Notes: generated from the letters alone by a model not told the origin. Positions 37,321 through 51,200 are shown, counted from the first letter of the stretch. The stretch: DNA of 64,000 bases from Bugula neritina (GCA_964035545.1 OZ037773.1:8337751-8401750); one strand, 5' to 3'. Numbers and translations are program-made.

Positions 37321-39660
37321 ATGAAGTTAAATATAGCAGCGTTATTCTTACTGGAGTTTGTGGAAATATATGTAAACACAGCCGAAATTCGAGGACCTAT
37401 AGTTACAAAACAGTTATATGGTAAGTCTAAGTATATACTATGTAAGTGTATATTGTAAGTATGTATATATTATGGAAGTGTATAGTGTAAGTGTATATAT
37501 TATGGAAGTGTATATTGTAAGTATGTATATATTATGTAAGTGTATATTGTAAGTATATGTATGCTATGTAAGTATATTATATTATATTATGATTTATTTT
37601 AGGTATATGATTATAGGTTTTAATAGACCATAATAATATTATGCAGTGAATGTAAAAATTATAAAATAAAACTTTGATAATATGATATGGTAGATATTAA
37701 ACCTATAATTGTGTAACAACTTGTCTGATAACTTAATTGTGCATGTCCGTGTTACTCTACAACGAAATGTTGAATTTCATATTAAGATGACTTTCAGTAG
37801 TAGAGAACTGATGGATAGTAAACATTAGGTTAGTCTTTGATATTCTCAGACATCTGAATTTTCACTGCGGAGATTCAGTCATTTGTAGAAAGAGGAGGGG
37901 GATCAGGTTTAGCAAACATTTAAATGTTTACGCTATATACACTGAGATTTTATAGGTCATGCATGTCTTGCTTCATCAGAAGTTAGAACAGAATTAGTAT
38001 TCAAACAGCATATGTCTGAAAAAAAAACTTTATAATTATTAGCAAAGTTTAAAATTTAACTATATTTTATTCAGTATGTTTTAGTATTAAAGTTTTATTG
38101 TAAATTATAGTTTATGTTATGATATGTAGGCTACACAACAGGCATCACACATATGCTGGTAACATCTACAGTTTGGCAGTATATAAACAGTACACGCATT
38201 TACAATCTTTATGAAGTAGGTAAAATAGACACTGTAGGACATAACCTGTGTTGTAGATCAGAAATATTGAAAAAGAAGTTATATGCAAACTAAACCCGAA
38301 TTCATAAAAACAATTAAGGAACTTAGGCTAATATAACTTCTCCGTTACTAGCTGCACGTAAAAGCTATCAACTGTTGCTAGGACAATGTTAGGTGTGGAA
38401 ATAAAACAATAATGTTTCTATTTAAAGACAATTGTATCGGAATATTTGTACACAACACAATGCAAAACAATAATACTGTTTTATATTATTATGCATACTT
38501 ATAACAAGCAATATGTGTGCAATGAATACATTTTCAGTGAGTGCATGTGACTATTAGTATTTTTATCACTTATAATATTCTTCATAACAAACATAATACT
38601 TTACTTACATTACATATTGATACTGTATTTACAATACGTGTCAGTACTTACAATACATACTAGTATTAACATAGTAATACTTACAACATTTATTGTTAAA
38701 TTGAACCAAATAAACAAAGTAGTAAAGAAAGACTATTAATATTTAAGTAAATAATATTAAAATAAAAACTTCTTGTTAATAAGTGTGTATCATAGCTTTT
38801 TAAACTAATGGAGTTTACAGTAGAGCTTATACCTGGTTGAAATGCTAATGTTGCTTCATACTAAATAGACAAGTTTTTCTGAACAGATGCACATAATATT
38901 ATATACACAATATGGAGGAAATGGAAATAAACTTGGCCAAGTAGTAATGATTATCCGACTATAGATTAGCATACTTAGATATTATTATTATATAAATAGC
39001 TTAGCTTCTATGCATACAATTCATGCATCCTTCCTGTCTAAACTGGTGACTGCAGAGGTTTTAGATGTATGCATTGTTATTTTATAATGTCCATTAGATA
39101 GTAATTCTATAATAACATTATATAGTTTTGTTATTTAATGATGCATATTATATAGTAATTGTATAATAATATTATATGTTATGGCTATTTTATTATGTGT
39201 ATTAGATAGTAATATTGATATAATGCTGGGTATAGAATGTATAGGTGAACACCAGTTTTATGAGGTCATGATCAACAGAAATTAGCTGATCCTATTATTG
39301 TCTTACCATTCCCCTTTGTACTTTGCAGATGCATTATGCAAGCAGCCAATAGGAGAAGCCGATAGATTTATTGCTGACATGAACAACACATGTGTATATT
39401 ATTCCCTCAAAAAATCAGCAAGAGGGGCGTGTATAAGAACACTTCACTTTTGTCCAAAAGGCAAGAAAGTGTCGGAGAACCTGTACTTTAGACCTGGCAA
39501 GGTGTGTCAGTATGACATAGACAATAAACTGGCTGACCCTTGTGAGCGGCGCAACTCCTACTTAGCCCTAGTGCAGGAGACAACCCCCTGGGAGTGCTAC
39601 GGGGACACTGACTGTTGCTACAATGTATCTGGACAGAAGGCAGAGAATTGCTCTAGATGA
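37321..39660 (+). CDS. Small secreted Cys-rich protein, degenerate chitin-binding (peritrophin-A-like) fold, possibly truncated or pseudogenised
   Basis: Exon 37321-37420 (MKLNIAALFLLEFVEIYVNTA..., GTAAGT donor, phase 1) joins exon from 39329 (DALCKQPIGEADRFIADMNNTCVYY...LHFCPKGKK...). Stop at 39658-39660. Fold call is from Cys/YY/CPxG spacing only. Confidence 0.55.
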
Positions 39661-42241
39661 GGACACATCTAGCAAGGTGTTTGCAACAAGTGCTTGTTTC
39701 TGTGGCAGGCACCTGACACTTCGTGACAAGTACCTGTGTGGCAGGCATCTGGCACTGTGTGGCAAGTACTTGCGCTAGTGTGAAAAGCACCTGACACTGT
39801 GCGACAAGTACCTGTGCCTGTGTAACAAGTGCCTAACTCTTTACTCAGAATTTCCATAAATGACTACAATCAGACATCTACTGTCATCTTAGAGCCAAAG
39901 CTCTGCAAGAAAGCTCTGTACAATCAGACTAGCATGTGTGGGTACTACACTCACCCGTAAGAGGCCAGTATTATATATAAGTATAGTGTCCTAATTTCAA
40001 CTGAGTGCCTGTTGATTTTTAAGGGTATTATTTTTTGCATGTCATGTAATGATATTTGCACTATTTGAATCAGCACCTCATTACCAGAGGTTTATATATA
40101 TACATATGTGTACATATAATATTTATAAAAGTTTTTAAAACTTATTTATTTTTTTATTTATGCTACTAAAACTAAAATAAGTTTTTCAATATAAACTATT
40201 TTACTTGAAATAAAACAGCAAATAATTTGACATCAGTTTTACATCACGCATAATATACTTTGGAGTTAAGCATTCAGACTTACTTTATATAAACTAAAAC
40301 TTGTAAAAAATATAAACTAAAATCGTATAAACTTGTGGGTGTCGCAAGAGACGTCCCACTAGTCAAATGTTTATTTTATGTAACTTATTGGTTGCAGAGA
40401 TTATAAGTAGATTAGTTTTTATTGATAAAGGAAGTGCTTTGCAATACACCAGTGGTTTGTGGCTCTGCAATAATTGTGATAAGGGCAAATTAAGGGACAA
40501 AATGGATACTTTTGTTGAGCATAGTTTTAGACTGATAGAAAAACTAGCAACAATTAGCTAGAAAATGCGTATTTCTTAAAATCATGGCAACAGCAGGCTA
40601 TCTTAAATTTTGATAACTTAGACAAAAACAACACTGCAAAAAGCAAAAAAGTCAAATAAATCTCTGTTATTTAGGGTACAAATGCACTATTAGGAAAACA
40701 ATAGGGGAGGCAACCTTGATTACTCAGTGTTTTATGTTCAACAATAATACAATTTATTTTGAGGTGAAATGCGGTGCCAGGAAGAGATACATTTAACTAT
40801 AAAAATACTATGTGCAAAAGAAATGGGAGTTGTCTTCATTAAAAAACATAACTCTAACAACAACACGGGAGTTTTAAATACCTTGACATTAGCAAATATT
40901 CTGACAACGTGAACGAGCATATCGTTAACGAATCTATAATAACAGATACTCTCAGGTTAATACTTTTGCGGGAAATCCATGAACGTGATGGCACGAATAG
41001 GACGATAACAATTTCATTTTCCACAGTATTTCTATGTACTTGTAGTGTAAGTTGAAGTTTTCAACAGGTTTTTAATTATAATCATTCAATGTTAATATTT
41101 GCAAAAGAAAACCATGTATATTGTACAATATTAACTCGGGTACAATATTTATATTTTAAATTTAGTCCGGGAAAATTAAATGCAAAACTAAACGTGAAAG
41201 GTGAAACTAAAAGTTAAAACTAAAACTTAAGCTGTAAAACCAAATTTAAATTTAGTAACTTAACTGTAATTTTACTTTAGTAATTTAACTGTAAATTTAA
41301 ATTTATAAAGCTTAAACTGAACACTCGCTACTCATATTGATACTCATACTGACACTGCTACTGACAGTGACTACTCGGACTCAATGCAGGTACTCAATAG
41401 TGAGTAGACAGTTAAACTTAATGTTAATTCAAATTGTTATTGTTAGTGTAGCTGTAGCCGTAGGTTAGTACCAGTATGACTATGGCTATGAGCATCACTG
41501 CATCAGTAAATGTGAAACTAATAATATTAGTATGAGTATAAATATAAAATATATTTATAAGTCAAACTGTAACACTAACTAAAAAATTATAATTATATTA
41601 ATTATAATAATAACAATCTTTATTATATTAGAATAATATTATTGATTTTGCATACATATTAATATTGAAAGTGATATTAATGTATTTGATTTTATGATAA
41701 TAATTATGCTTAATTTTATTATAGTAACATTATTAATATTAATAATCATAATGATAGCTATGTGTAATGACTCGAAGTTGAAAAATAACCTAAATATTAA
41801 TAATAATAAATATTATAATAATGATTAGATAACTATCATGTGCTAAGTTATAGTTATTCTAAATAAAAGATTACTACTTCAACTGGAAATTAAAAGGAAA
41901 AAGAATAAAAAATTTTTAACCCTGATATTATTTCCAATACTCTTTTAAAAATTTTGTTGACTGCAATATAAATCTATGAAATAAATGTAAATATTGTAAA
42001 TTCATGTAAAAGTGAGATAATATATGGCTAATATGATAGTTGCTTCAAATAGATATGTTGTGTAGTAAATTACCAGGTGATTTGATGCAAGTTGCACTTT
42101 TCACCAAAGTTTTTATACTGTAACAAATGACTCAAATTCTTCATATTAGATCATGATGCTGTTTCATTTTAAAGAAATACTTTGTTGGATGCTAAATGCA
42201 CTGTAATTTTGTTTATTTGATATTTAGTAAGTTGAACAAAG

Positions 42242-45200
42242 ATGGAGTCACCTAAAAAGCGCCCTTTCCTCGAAGAGAATCCTCTAACATGTCAACGAAC
42301 CAGTCGACCCGCTAAAAAGCTCAAATCTGACTCAGAAACTAGTGGGAGGTGCCTATTAGTATCACTTCATTGTTGCAGACTTTCATTGAAATTTTCAACC
42401 AATCTAATTCCTTATTATAACAAAGTTACCAAAGTTTCTGCTTATTTTTATTGTCTTATATATATTGTCTATATAGTCAAGATATATTTTTCATTATGTT
42501 TAGTATATTGATTGACGGAATCTTAAGCCGAACTGGCAAGAAAAAAGGTCTCTCTCATAGGCTTGTACTGCAAGATTTGAATATTTGATTGTTATATGTC
42601 TTAGTGGGAAAGAAAACAAGGGCGTATCCTCGTGCCCCCTACCTCGAGGTCTGTATAATGAAAGTAACACATGCTACTTGAACAGTCTAATACAAGTGCT
42701 CTTCCACATACAGGCCTTCAGACAGCTTATCTTCTCCTTCACACCTCAGCAGTTTCACAAGGTAGTATTACACTCTCACCAGGTAGTATTATACTCTCAC
42801 AAGGTAGTATTACAGTCTCACAAGGTAGTATTACAGTCTCACAAGGTAGTATTACAGTCTCACAAGGTAGTATTATACTCTCACAAGGTAGTATTACAGT
42901 CTCACAAGGTAGTATTATACTCTCACAAGGTAGTATTATACTCTCACAAGGTAGTATTATACTCTCACAAGGTAGTATTATACTCTCACAAGGTAGTATT
43001 ACAGTCTTACAAGGTAGTATTACAGTCTCACAAGGTAGTATTACAGTCTCATAAGGTAGTATTACAGTCTCACAAGGTAGTATTATACTCTCACAAGGTA
43101 GTATTACACTCTCACAAGGTAGTATTATACTCTCACAAGGTAGTATTACAGTCTCACAAGGTAGTATTATACTCTCACAAGGTAGTATTACAGTCTCACA
43201 AGGTAGTATTATACTCTCACAAGGTAGTATTATACTCTCACAAGGTAGTATTATACTCTCACAAGGTAGTATTATACTCTCACAAGGTAGTATTATACTC
43301 TCACAAGGTAGTATTATACTCTCACAAGGTAGTATTATACTCTCACAAGGTAGTATTATACTCTCACAAGGTAGTATTATACTCTCACAAGGTAGTATTA
43401 CAGTCTCACAAGGTAGTATTATACTCTCACAAGGTAGTATTACAGTCTCACAAGGTAGTATTATACTCTCACAAGGTAGTATTACAGTCTCACAAGGTAG
43501 TATTATACTCTCACAAGGTAGTATTATACTCTCACAAGGTAGTATTATACTCTCACAAGGTAGTATTACAGTCTTACAAGGTAGTATTACAGTCTCACAA
43601 GGTAGTATTACAGTCTCACAAGGTAGTATTATACTCTCACAAGGTAGTATTACAGTCTCACAAGGTAGTATTATACTCTCACAAGGTAGTATTACACTCT
43701 CACAAGGTAGTATTACAGTCTCACAAGGTAGTATTATACTCTCACAAGGTAGTATTACACTCTCACAAGGTAGTATTATACTCTCACAAGGTAGTATTAT
43801 ACTCTCACAAGGTAGTATTATACTCTCACAAGGTAGTATTACACTCTCACAAGGTAGTATTATACTCTCACAAGGTAGTATTACAGTCTCACAAGGTAGT
43901 ATTATACTCTCACAAGGTAGTATTATACTCTCACAAGGTAGTATTATACTCTCACAAGGTAGTATTACAGTCTCACAAGGTAGTATTATACTCTCACAAG
44001 GTAGTATTATACTCTCACAAGGTAGTATTATACTCTCACAAGGTAGTATTATACTCTCACAAGGTAGTATTACAGTCTTACAAGGTAGTATTACAGTCTC
44101 ACAAGGTAGTATTACAGTCTCACAAGGTAGTATTACAGTCTCACAAGGTAGTATTACAGTCTCACAAGGTAGTATTACAGTCTCACAAGGTAGTATTATA
44201 CTCTCACAAGGTAGTATTATACTCTCACAAGGTAGTATTACACTCTCACAAGGTAGTATTATACTCTCACAAGGTAGTATTATACTCTCACAAGGTAGTA
44301 TTACACTCTCACAAGGTAGTATTACACTCTCACAAGGTAGTATTACAGTCTCACAAGGTAGTATTATACTCTCACAAGGTAGTATTATACTCTCACAAGG
44401 TAGTATTATACTCTCACAAGGTAGTATTACAGTCTCACAAGGTAGTATTATACTCTCACAAGGTAGTATTACACTCTCACAAGGTAGTATTATACTCTCA
44501 CAAGGTAGTATTACAGTCTCACCAGGTAGTATTACAGTCTCACAGGGTAGTATTATACTCTCACAAGGTAGTATTATACTCTCACAAGGTAGTATTACAG
44601 TCTCACAAGGTAGTATTATACTCTCACAAGGTAGTATTACAGTCTCACAAGGTAGTATTATACTCTCACAAGGTAGTATTATACTCTCACAAGGTAGTAT
44701 TATACTCTCACAAGGTAGTATTATACTCTCACAAGGTAGTATTATACTCTCACAGGGTAGTATTACACTCTCACAAGGTAGTATTACACTTACACATAAC
44801 ATATAATAGAGAGTTATACACATGTATAGTAAAATACGTAGTAATATATAGTCATATACAGTAATAATAATATTTAGGTTGTCCTATAGTTATGTAGATA
44901 TTTATGATAAATTCTGTTGTTAGAAACTGTCTGTGTTGGAGAGTCTTCAATGGCTTTTTCTGGAATTAAAAGAGGGGAGAGATGACAATAAAGTTGTTAC
45001 AACTAACAGACTGACCAAAGCGTTTGGGTGAGTCACTGTCTCGTATTTCTAATAGTCCATGTTATATAGATCCTTAGTCTATTTTTATACTTTTTACGGA
45101 AACTTGTAGCGTAATTACTAGTCGAGGAAATGTGATTTAATGATGAAAAGATAAAATTCGAAACTTTGTGTTTGATAAGCGTATTTCATTTTGGAACCGA

Positions 45201-48200
45201 TGAAGTATTTTTATTGATATTCCGACCATCATTTTTAGAATAAACAAATATATTTGTATTTTTATAAAAATATTTAAAAAACATGGATCTTCTACTTTAC
45301 AATTTTAAGGTTTTGTGTTTCCATCTTGTAACTCCTATAAAAAGCCCTTCTTATCAAACTAATGATATTCTATTGCCATTCTTGTATGGAACTTGTCTAC
45401 ACACTGTTTTTATAAAAGTAGGTTTTATATAATATGGCTTCTTTGATAAAAAATCAGATTTACATTTGTTTTTGGTAGTCAGTTATTTACCCTAAATGTT
45501 TGTCTTGGTTCATTAAAAAGTCACCCAATGTTTCCCCTACAACAAAAAAATAATTATGTCATGACCTAATTGCTATAGCCTCAAATAAATCTTGACTCAG
45601 AGTCAACATGACTTCGTAGGCTCTTGACTCAGTTATTGTCATGGCTGTTACGAAAGCAGTTGCATACCACAGCTGTAGTTAGTCATGTGTTTACCCGCTA
45701 GGGTTGGTATTGTAGATGGACGTCTATAAATAGAGGTCTGCAACAGGATGTTCACGAGTTTATGCAGACGCTCTTCAACTCTCTAGAGAAGGAACTGCAT
45801 CCGCACGACTTTCAGAAACTTTCTTCTCTCTTTGTTGGGAAAGTGCAGGTTAGAGACACTTGTGTTCTGTTGATAGTGAATATTATTGTATTTTTGTTAC
45901 CAGGTTGGTGAGTAGATAACTCTTCATGTAGTACAAGGGTGGACAATTCCTAAGATGAATTCTTGTCGATCTATGCTGTACAATTATATAGAAGCAAGTT
46001 TTTCTCAACTATATAGTAAATTTTATTTTCACACCTTGTTGCTCCGCTGGGAAAAGTTTAAGTTAACGAAACCCATTACTGGCTGAATTAGCAGATTATG
46101 TTTATTGGGCGGTATGTTACCACATTATGGTGCATGAGTAGCTTTGAAGTTATGCTCTCCTGTACGTACACACTTGCTGGTTGAAGTATTCTGTTAGCTG
46201 TGATTACATTAAATTCATTTCTTGTCGTATCGCAGTTCATGGTTTTGCTCCTAAAAAAGATGTGTATTTTTTTCAAGTAAGAAGTTATTCATGGTCTGTT
46301 ACATCAAAATATTCATTTTACTTCACCTGAAATATCACCTGCCTTTCATGAACTGACTCTGAATTATTCTTGCAGAGAGATATAACGTGTGATAAAGTCG
46401 GTTACAAGTCAAGAAAAACTGAAAGTATAATGGGTCTTTCTCTCTCAACTGCACCTCATATCAACAGTAAGTGTTTTATTTTTATGAGTTGTCTTCACTT
46501 TTACTCACCAAATGCTGGCCACTATTCTTATGGTACTTGACAATTTAAATTAATTGACCAACTAACTAATGTAATCAGCAATGACGTGGGCACTACATTT
46601 AGTAATATTCTAATGATGACTAGGAGTTGTGTTCTCAGCAACCTGTTGGTAAGCGTATGTTGCGGTTATAGCTGAGAGGTCTCTGGCAAGTATGTTCAAG
46701 TCAGAGCAGCTTGAGATGACTATAGAAGGTCAAGGTCGACAGGTTAGTAGTGATTTACTAGTTTAATGATGGCCGATAGATATACTTACTCACTCTGGCT
46801 GACTCACTAACTCACTCTGACTGATATAGTCAACCGCAAATTAGGAAGCTGTTGATGCATTACTACTTCCATACTATCACAACCGTAAGCATTTAATCTT
46901 TGTTAAATATTTATTGATATATTTGAGTCAGATAGTGATTGCGCAATCAATGTGATACCAATTTACTAACCATTCTTAAACTAGCAACTTAAATTTATTT
47001 TATGTGAGATCTACTTTTTTATTTGCTGTAGTTGTGATGTATTTTGTGATTGAAATAATAAAAATATTTTACATTGCACAAATATTTCTGCATATTGTTA
47101 TGGCTTTCCCAAAAATATTTTTATTGTTGACATCATCAATTAAGCCACTAAAACTTCAACTCTGCATTCAGCTATTCTGACCTACTCTAACTTACTCTTC
47201 AATGACCTACTAATTCCCGTGACTTAGAACACTGACTTACACTGATTTACTTGACACTAAATAATACTTGGTAAAGTGTATGAAATTCGGCATCTTACAG
47301 ACAGTAGAGTTGTCTTCCTCCCTGACAGCGCTGCCGAAAGTGCTTCTACTCACCCTCAACAGACTGACCTATGACCCCACTGAACAGGCTGTCGTCAAAG
47401 TGACTGATCAGTTAGTTATCTGCCATCTTTATTCACCTTCAGGGTTTCTTTCCATTCAGTTATATGAAACGCTGTGTCCTTTTTATCTACACTTTGCGAG
47501 TATATATTGTCAAGTTGTTAGATTTACATATTTCGACATCAAAATCAAACTATTTGAACGAAATGCTCAATGCTTTAATAATAATTTTTAACACTTCATG
47601 TAAAAAGCTTGATCTCTAATATTTAATGTATGTTGACAGCTTTGAGTACAGAGAGAGTTTAGAGCTCTGTGGACATACGTACATACTCCACTCGGCTGTC
47701 GTACACGAAGGTGGTGCAGAGTCGGGCCATTATTACTGCTACATCAGTCCTCAGTGTGACCATACAGTGGTAAGAGCTAGTGTGACCATACAGTGGTAAG
47801 GGATAGTGTAACTATACAGTAGTAAGAGATAGTGTTACCATGCAGTGGTAAGGGATAGTGTTACCACACAGTGGTAAGGGATAGTGTTACCACACGGTGG
47901 TAAGAGCTAGTGTTACTACACAGTACTAAGAGATAGTGTTACCACACAGTACTAAGAGATAGTGTTACCACACAGTAGTGAGTAGTTCTACTAACTCCTA
48001 ATCTTGCAGTGGTACAGGTTTAATGATGCTGAAGTGGTTACTTCTGATACGACGTCTGCAATCAGAGAGAATTATGGGAAGAGAAGTTATCTGCTCGGTC
48101 CAACTGCTTACCTGCTGACGTATATAAGGAATGACTGTGGCGAGGGTGAGTCACCTTCTTGTGCTGCCTTGTACTCTGTATAGTTATACATGTCTTCGTA

Positions 48201-51200
48201 TAGTTATACATGCCTTCGTATAGTTATACGTGCCTTCGTATAGTTATACGTGTCTTCGTATAGTAATACATGCCTTTGTATAGTAATACATAACTTTGTA
48301 TAGTTATACAATACAATAGTCTGTATCTCAGTATAATAATGCACAACTTCATATATTACTGTACGTCTCAGTAGAATAGTTTGTGTTCCACAATTTAGTA
48401 TTTAGTATAGAGGGCAGTTCTTTGACACCTCTTTTATTTTTGAAGAATTCTTCAGACCTAAAGCAGTGGACATTCCAGAAAGTCTAAGAGTCAGAATAAA
48501 TGACGTCAAGTAAGTTTCTCCGCTCTTCTCGTAGATCTCTCTTACAATGACATATCCAGCTACTTGTTGACACATACATAGCTACTTGCTGACACATACA
48601 TAACTGCTGCTACTGTTGCCTAGCAGAGAGGCTTGCTCTACATTTACGTATATTAGCAAAAACACAATTCGTACTTTGCACTTGGAGTAAGAACTGTGTT
48701 TGAGAATTACGAGTTCCTTTATTAAACTTTTGTCTTGTATTTAGAAATGTTGAGCAGTTGAGACAGGAGCGTTTGCGGACAGCCCACCTCTACACGACTG
48801 TGTCTTTGGTGCCCTGGGCTATGCTGCACCATCACGGCGGGTACGACGTTTGTGATAGACTGAGTATGGACGACTTGCATAAGCAGGGTGAGGGGGCGCA
48901 GGAGACGGGCCTCGTTACTGTTAGAGTGATGAAGACCAGCACTGTGGCTGAACTGGTGACCAGCTATGATTCGGTTTGTGACTACGTTAATATACACTGT
49001 GTAGTATACACTGTATAGTATACACTGTAGTAGTATACACTGCGTAGTATACACTGTAGTAGTATACACTGTATAGTATACACTGTATAGTATACACTGT
49101 AGTAGTATACACTGCGTAGTATACACTGCGTAGTATATACTGCGTAGTATACACTGTATAATATACACTGTATAATATACACTGTATAGTATACACTGTA
49201 GTAGTATACACTGCGTAGTATACACTGTATAGTATACACTGCTTAGTATACACTGCGTAGTATACACTGTATAATATACACTGTATAATATACACTGTAT
49301 AGTATACACTGTAGTAGTATACACTGCGTAGTATACACTGTATAGTATACACTGCGTAGTATATACTGCGTAGTATACACTGCATAATATACACTAGATA
49401 GCGCATACTGTGCAGTATATATACACACTGCGTGGCATACACATATCACATTGTATATTGTGAAACATATTGTCAATGCTGTAGTGTATACTTTATAGTA
49501 TAATTTACGTGGTCTAGTATTTAGTATGGTAGTTTGTATACTCTGTAGTGCGTATTGTATATACTGTAATGTGTATTGTGTAGACATTATACTGTAGTTC
49601 ATGCAGCATAGAATATTGTATTTCTTGTAGTCGATGAATGAAAGCAACTGTAGACTTTGGGCTTTTACCGACAGAGAATCTGCTGATGGCTGGGCAGTGC
49701 ACCGCCCCGACAAACTTGTCAAGTGCTGGACCAAAACTATAGCTGAGGTTTCTCAGATGTGAGTTACTTATCACTGAATCAGCGCTGCTAGTAGTCGAGC
49801 GAGACAAATTGTTGAATTGTGATTCCGATAGCTTTCAGTTGCCCTGCAATAATGGGAATATAAATATAAAGTTATAATAAACTCACAGCTGGCTAATTTG
49901 TAGATTATCATTGGCCAGAATTAAGGGAAACCTAATGACTAGTGTTTAGTAATCATTTAATTTCTTATTATAAATATGTATAAAGTTCAATGTTTAACTT
50001 TTTGCTTTCTACTCATTATCAAACTTTTGAATTATTATAAAATAATGCTTTGAGAAGTTACCCACTCATCTGTCATTTGAAGCTCATCATAGCTTGTGTT
50101 CTTCACAGGAAGTGTCCTTTCTACTTGTTTATGGAGAAGGTTGGGGTTGCGGACCACCCGACAATACTCTCGGAGACGCAACTCAGCGCATTCGTAAAAG
50201 TCTACTCAAAAATCACAGAAAGAGTTAGTTTAGAACTGCATCTAATATTAGATATAGACATTACTATAGGTGAGTATAACTAACAGAATGTAGACTTCAT
50301 GTGTACCATTGATCTCTACTATTTGGTAAGCATGATGTACATACTCTATACTTTATTCTTTCAGGAGACCTCAAGTATAAAATACTCCAGCTATGTGGTT
50401 TAGAGGATCAGAGTGATGATGTCATTCTCTATCAGGTTGGTCAGTCCTGTCACTCATATTGAGTTTAATATACATATAATAGTATGATATATTATTCATA
50501 TAACATATAGTAATATATAGTAATATAATAATATAATATTATATATTATATATTGTGAGATATAGTAATATAATAGTATAATATATAATAAATTGTGTTA
50601 TAGCATAAATTGTGTTATAGCATATAATAATATAAAATGATAACTTGTGTTACAACATATAGTAATAATATAATATATGATATAACATCTAATAATATAC
50701 TGATAATATTTTCATATCCTGAGTATTTAGTGAAAGTGGAATTAGCTTCTGAATAATTATAAAATTTAGTTGTTTTTAAGACACCAACAATACTCATGTG
50801 TGTTTATCTTGGGCTGTCTGTCTGTCTGTATGTCCGTCTGTCTGTTTGTCTGTCTGTGTGTTTGCTTGTTATATGTTTAATCTCTGTCTCTAGGAATTCT
50901 CCTCGATGTCTACAGAAGCAGTTCACTGTGAAGACTCCACTGAGCTCTACGAAGCTCTAGACTCACATCTGCTCAGACACGGCACAGTATTCATTCTAGA
51001 GGTCAGTGGTGTGCCGAAGAGTACGGAGAGCATAACTCCCAGTTCTCACTCAGATAGCAGCTCGTCAGCAGTCAGCTCAAAGCAAGATGGCCGCAGTGCA
51101 GCTGATTACATGAGGTATGCATACCTACCTGTATATACATCTACCTGTACATCTACCTGTACATACATCTACCTGTACACCTACCTGTACATACACCTAC

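Noticed and set aside
39658-39790. Selenoprotein with multiple in-frame TGA
   Set aside because: An in-frame TAG lies among the TGAs and a TAA follows. The TGAs align with CGA/TGG in sister repeat units, and no SECIS was recognised.
42755-44790. CRISPR-like array or a standalone 759-aa/694-aa repeat protein
   Set aside because: Units are contiguous with no unique spacers and no cas genes, in a eukaryotic context. The long ORFs on both strands follow from a stop-free 21-bp unit; the minus-strand ILPCES ORF has no supporting gene structure.
48178-48310. Resemblance of TTCGTATAG...TATACG to loxP half-sites (also CTCGTATAAT at 25414 and 25485)
   Set aside because: No 13-8-13 inverted architecture; simple tandem repeat and chance similarity.
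48722-49807. Overlapping Tyr-rich minus-strand ORFs
   Set aside because: Translations of an intronic minisatellite, antisense to USP exons.
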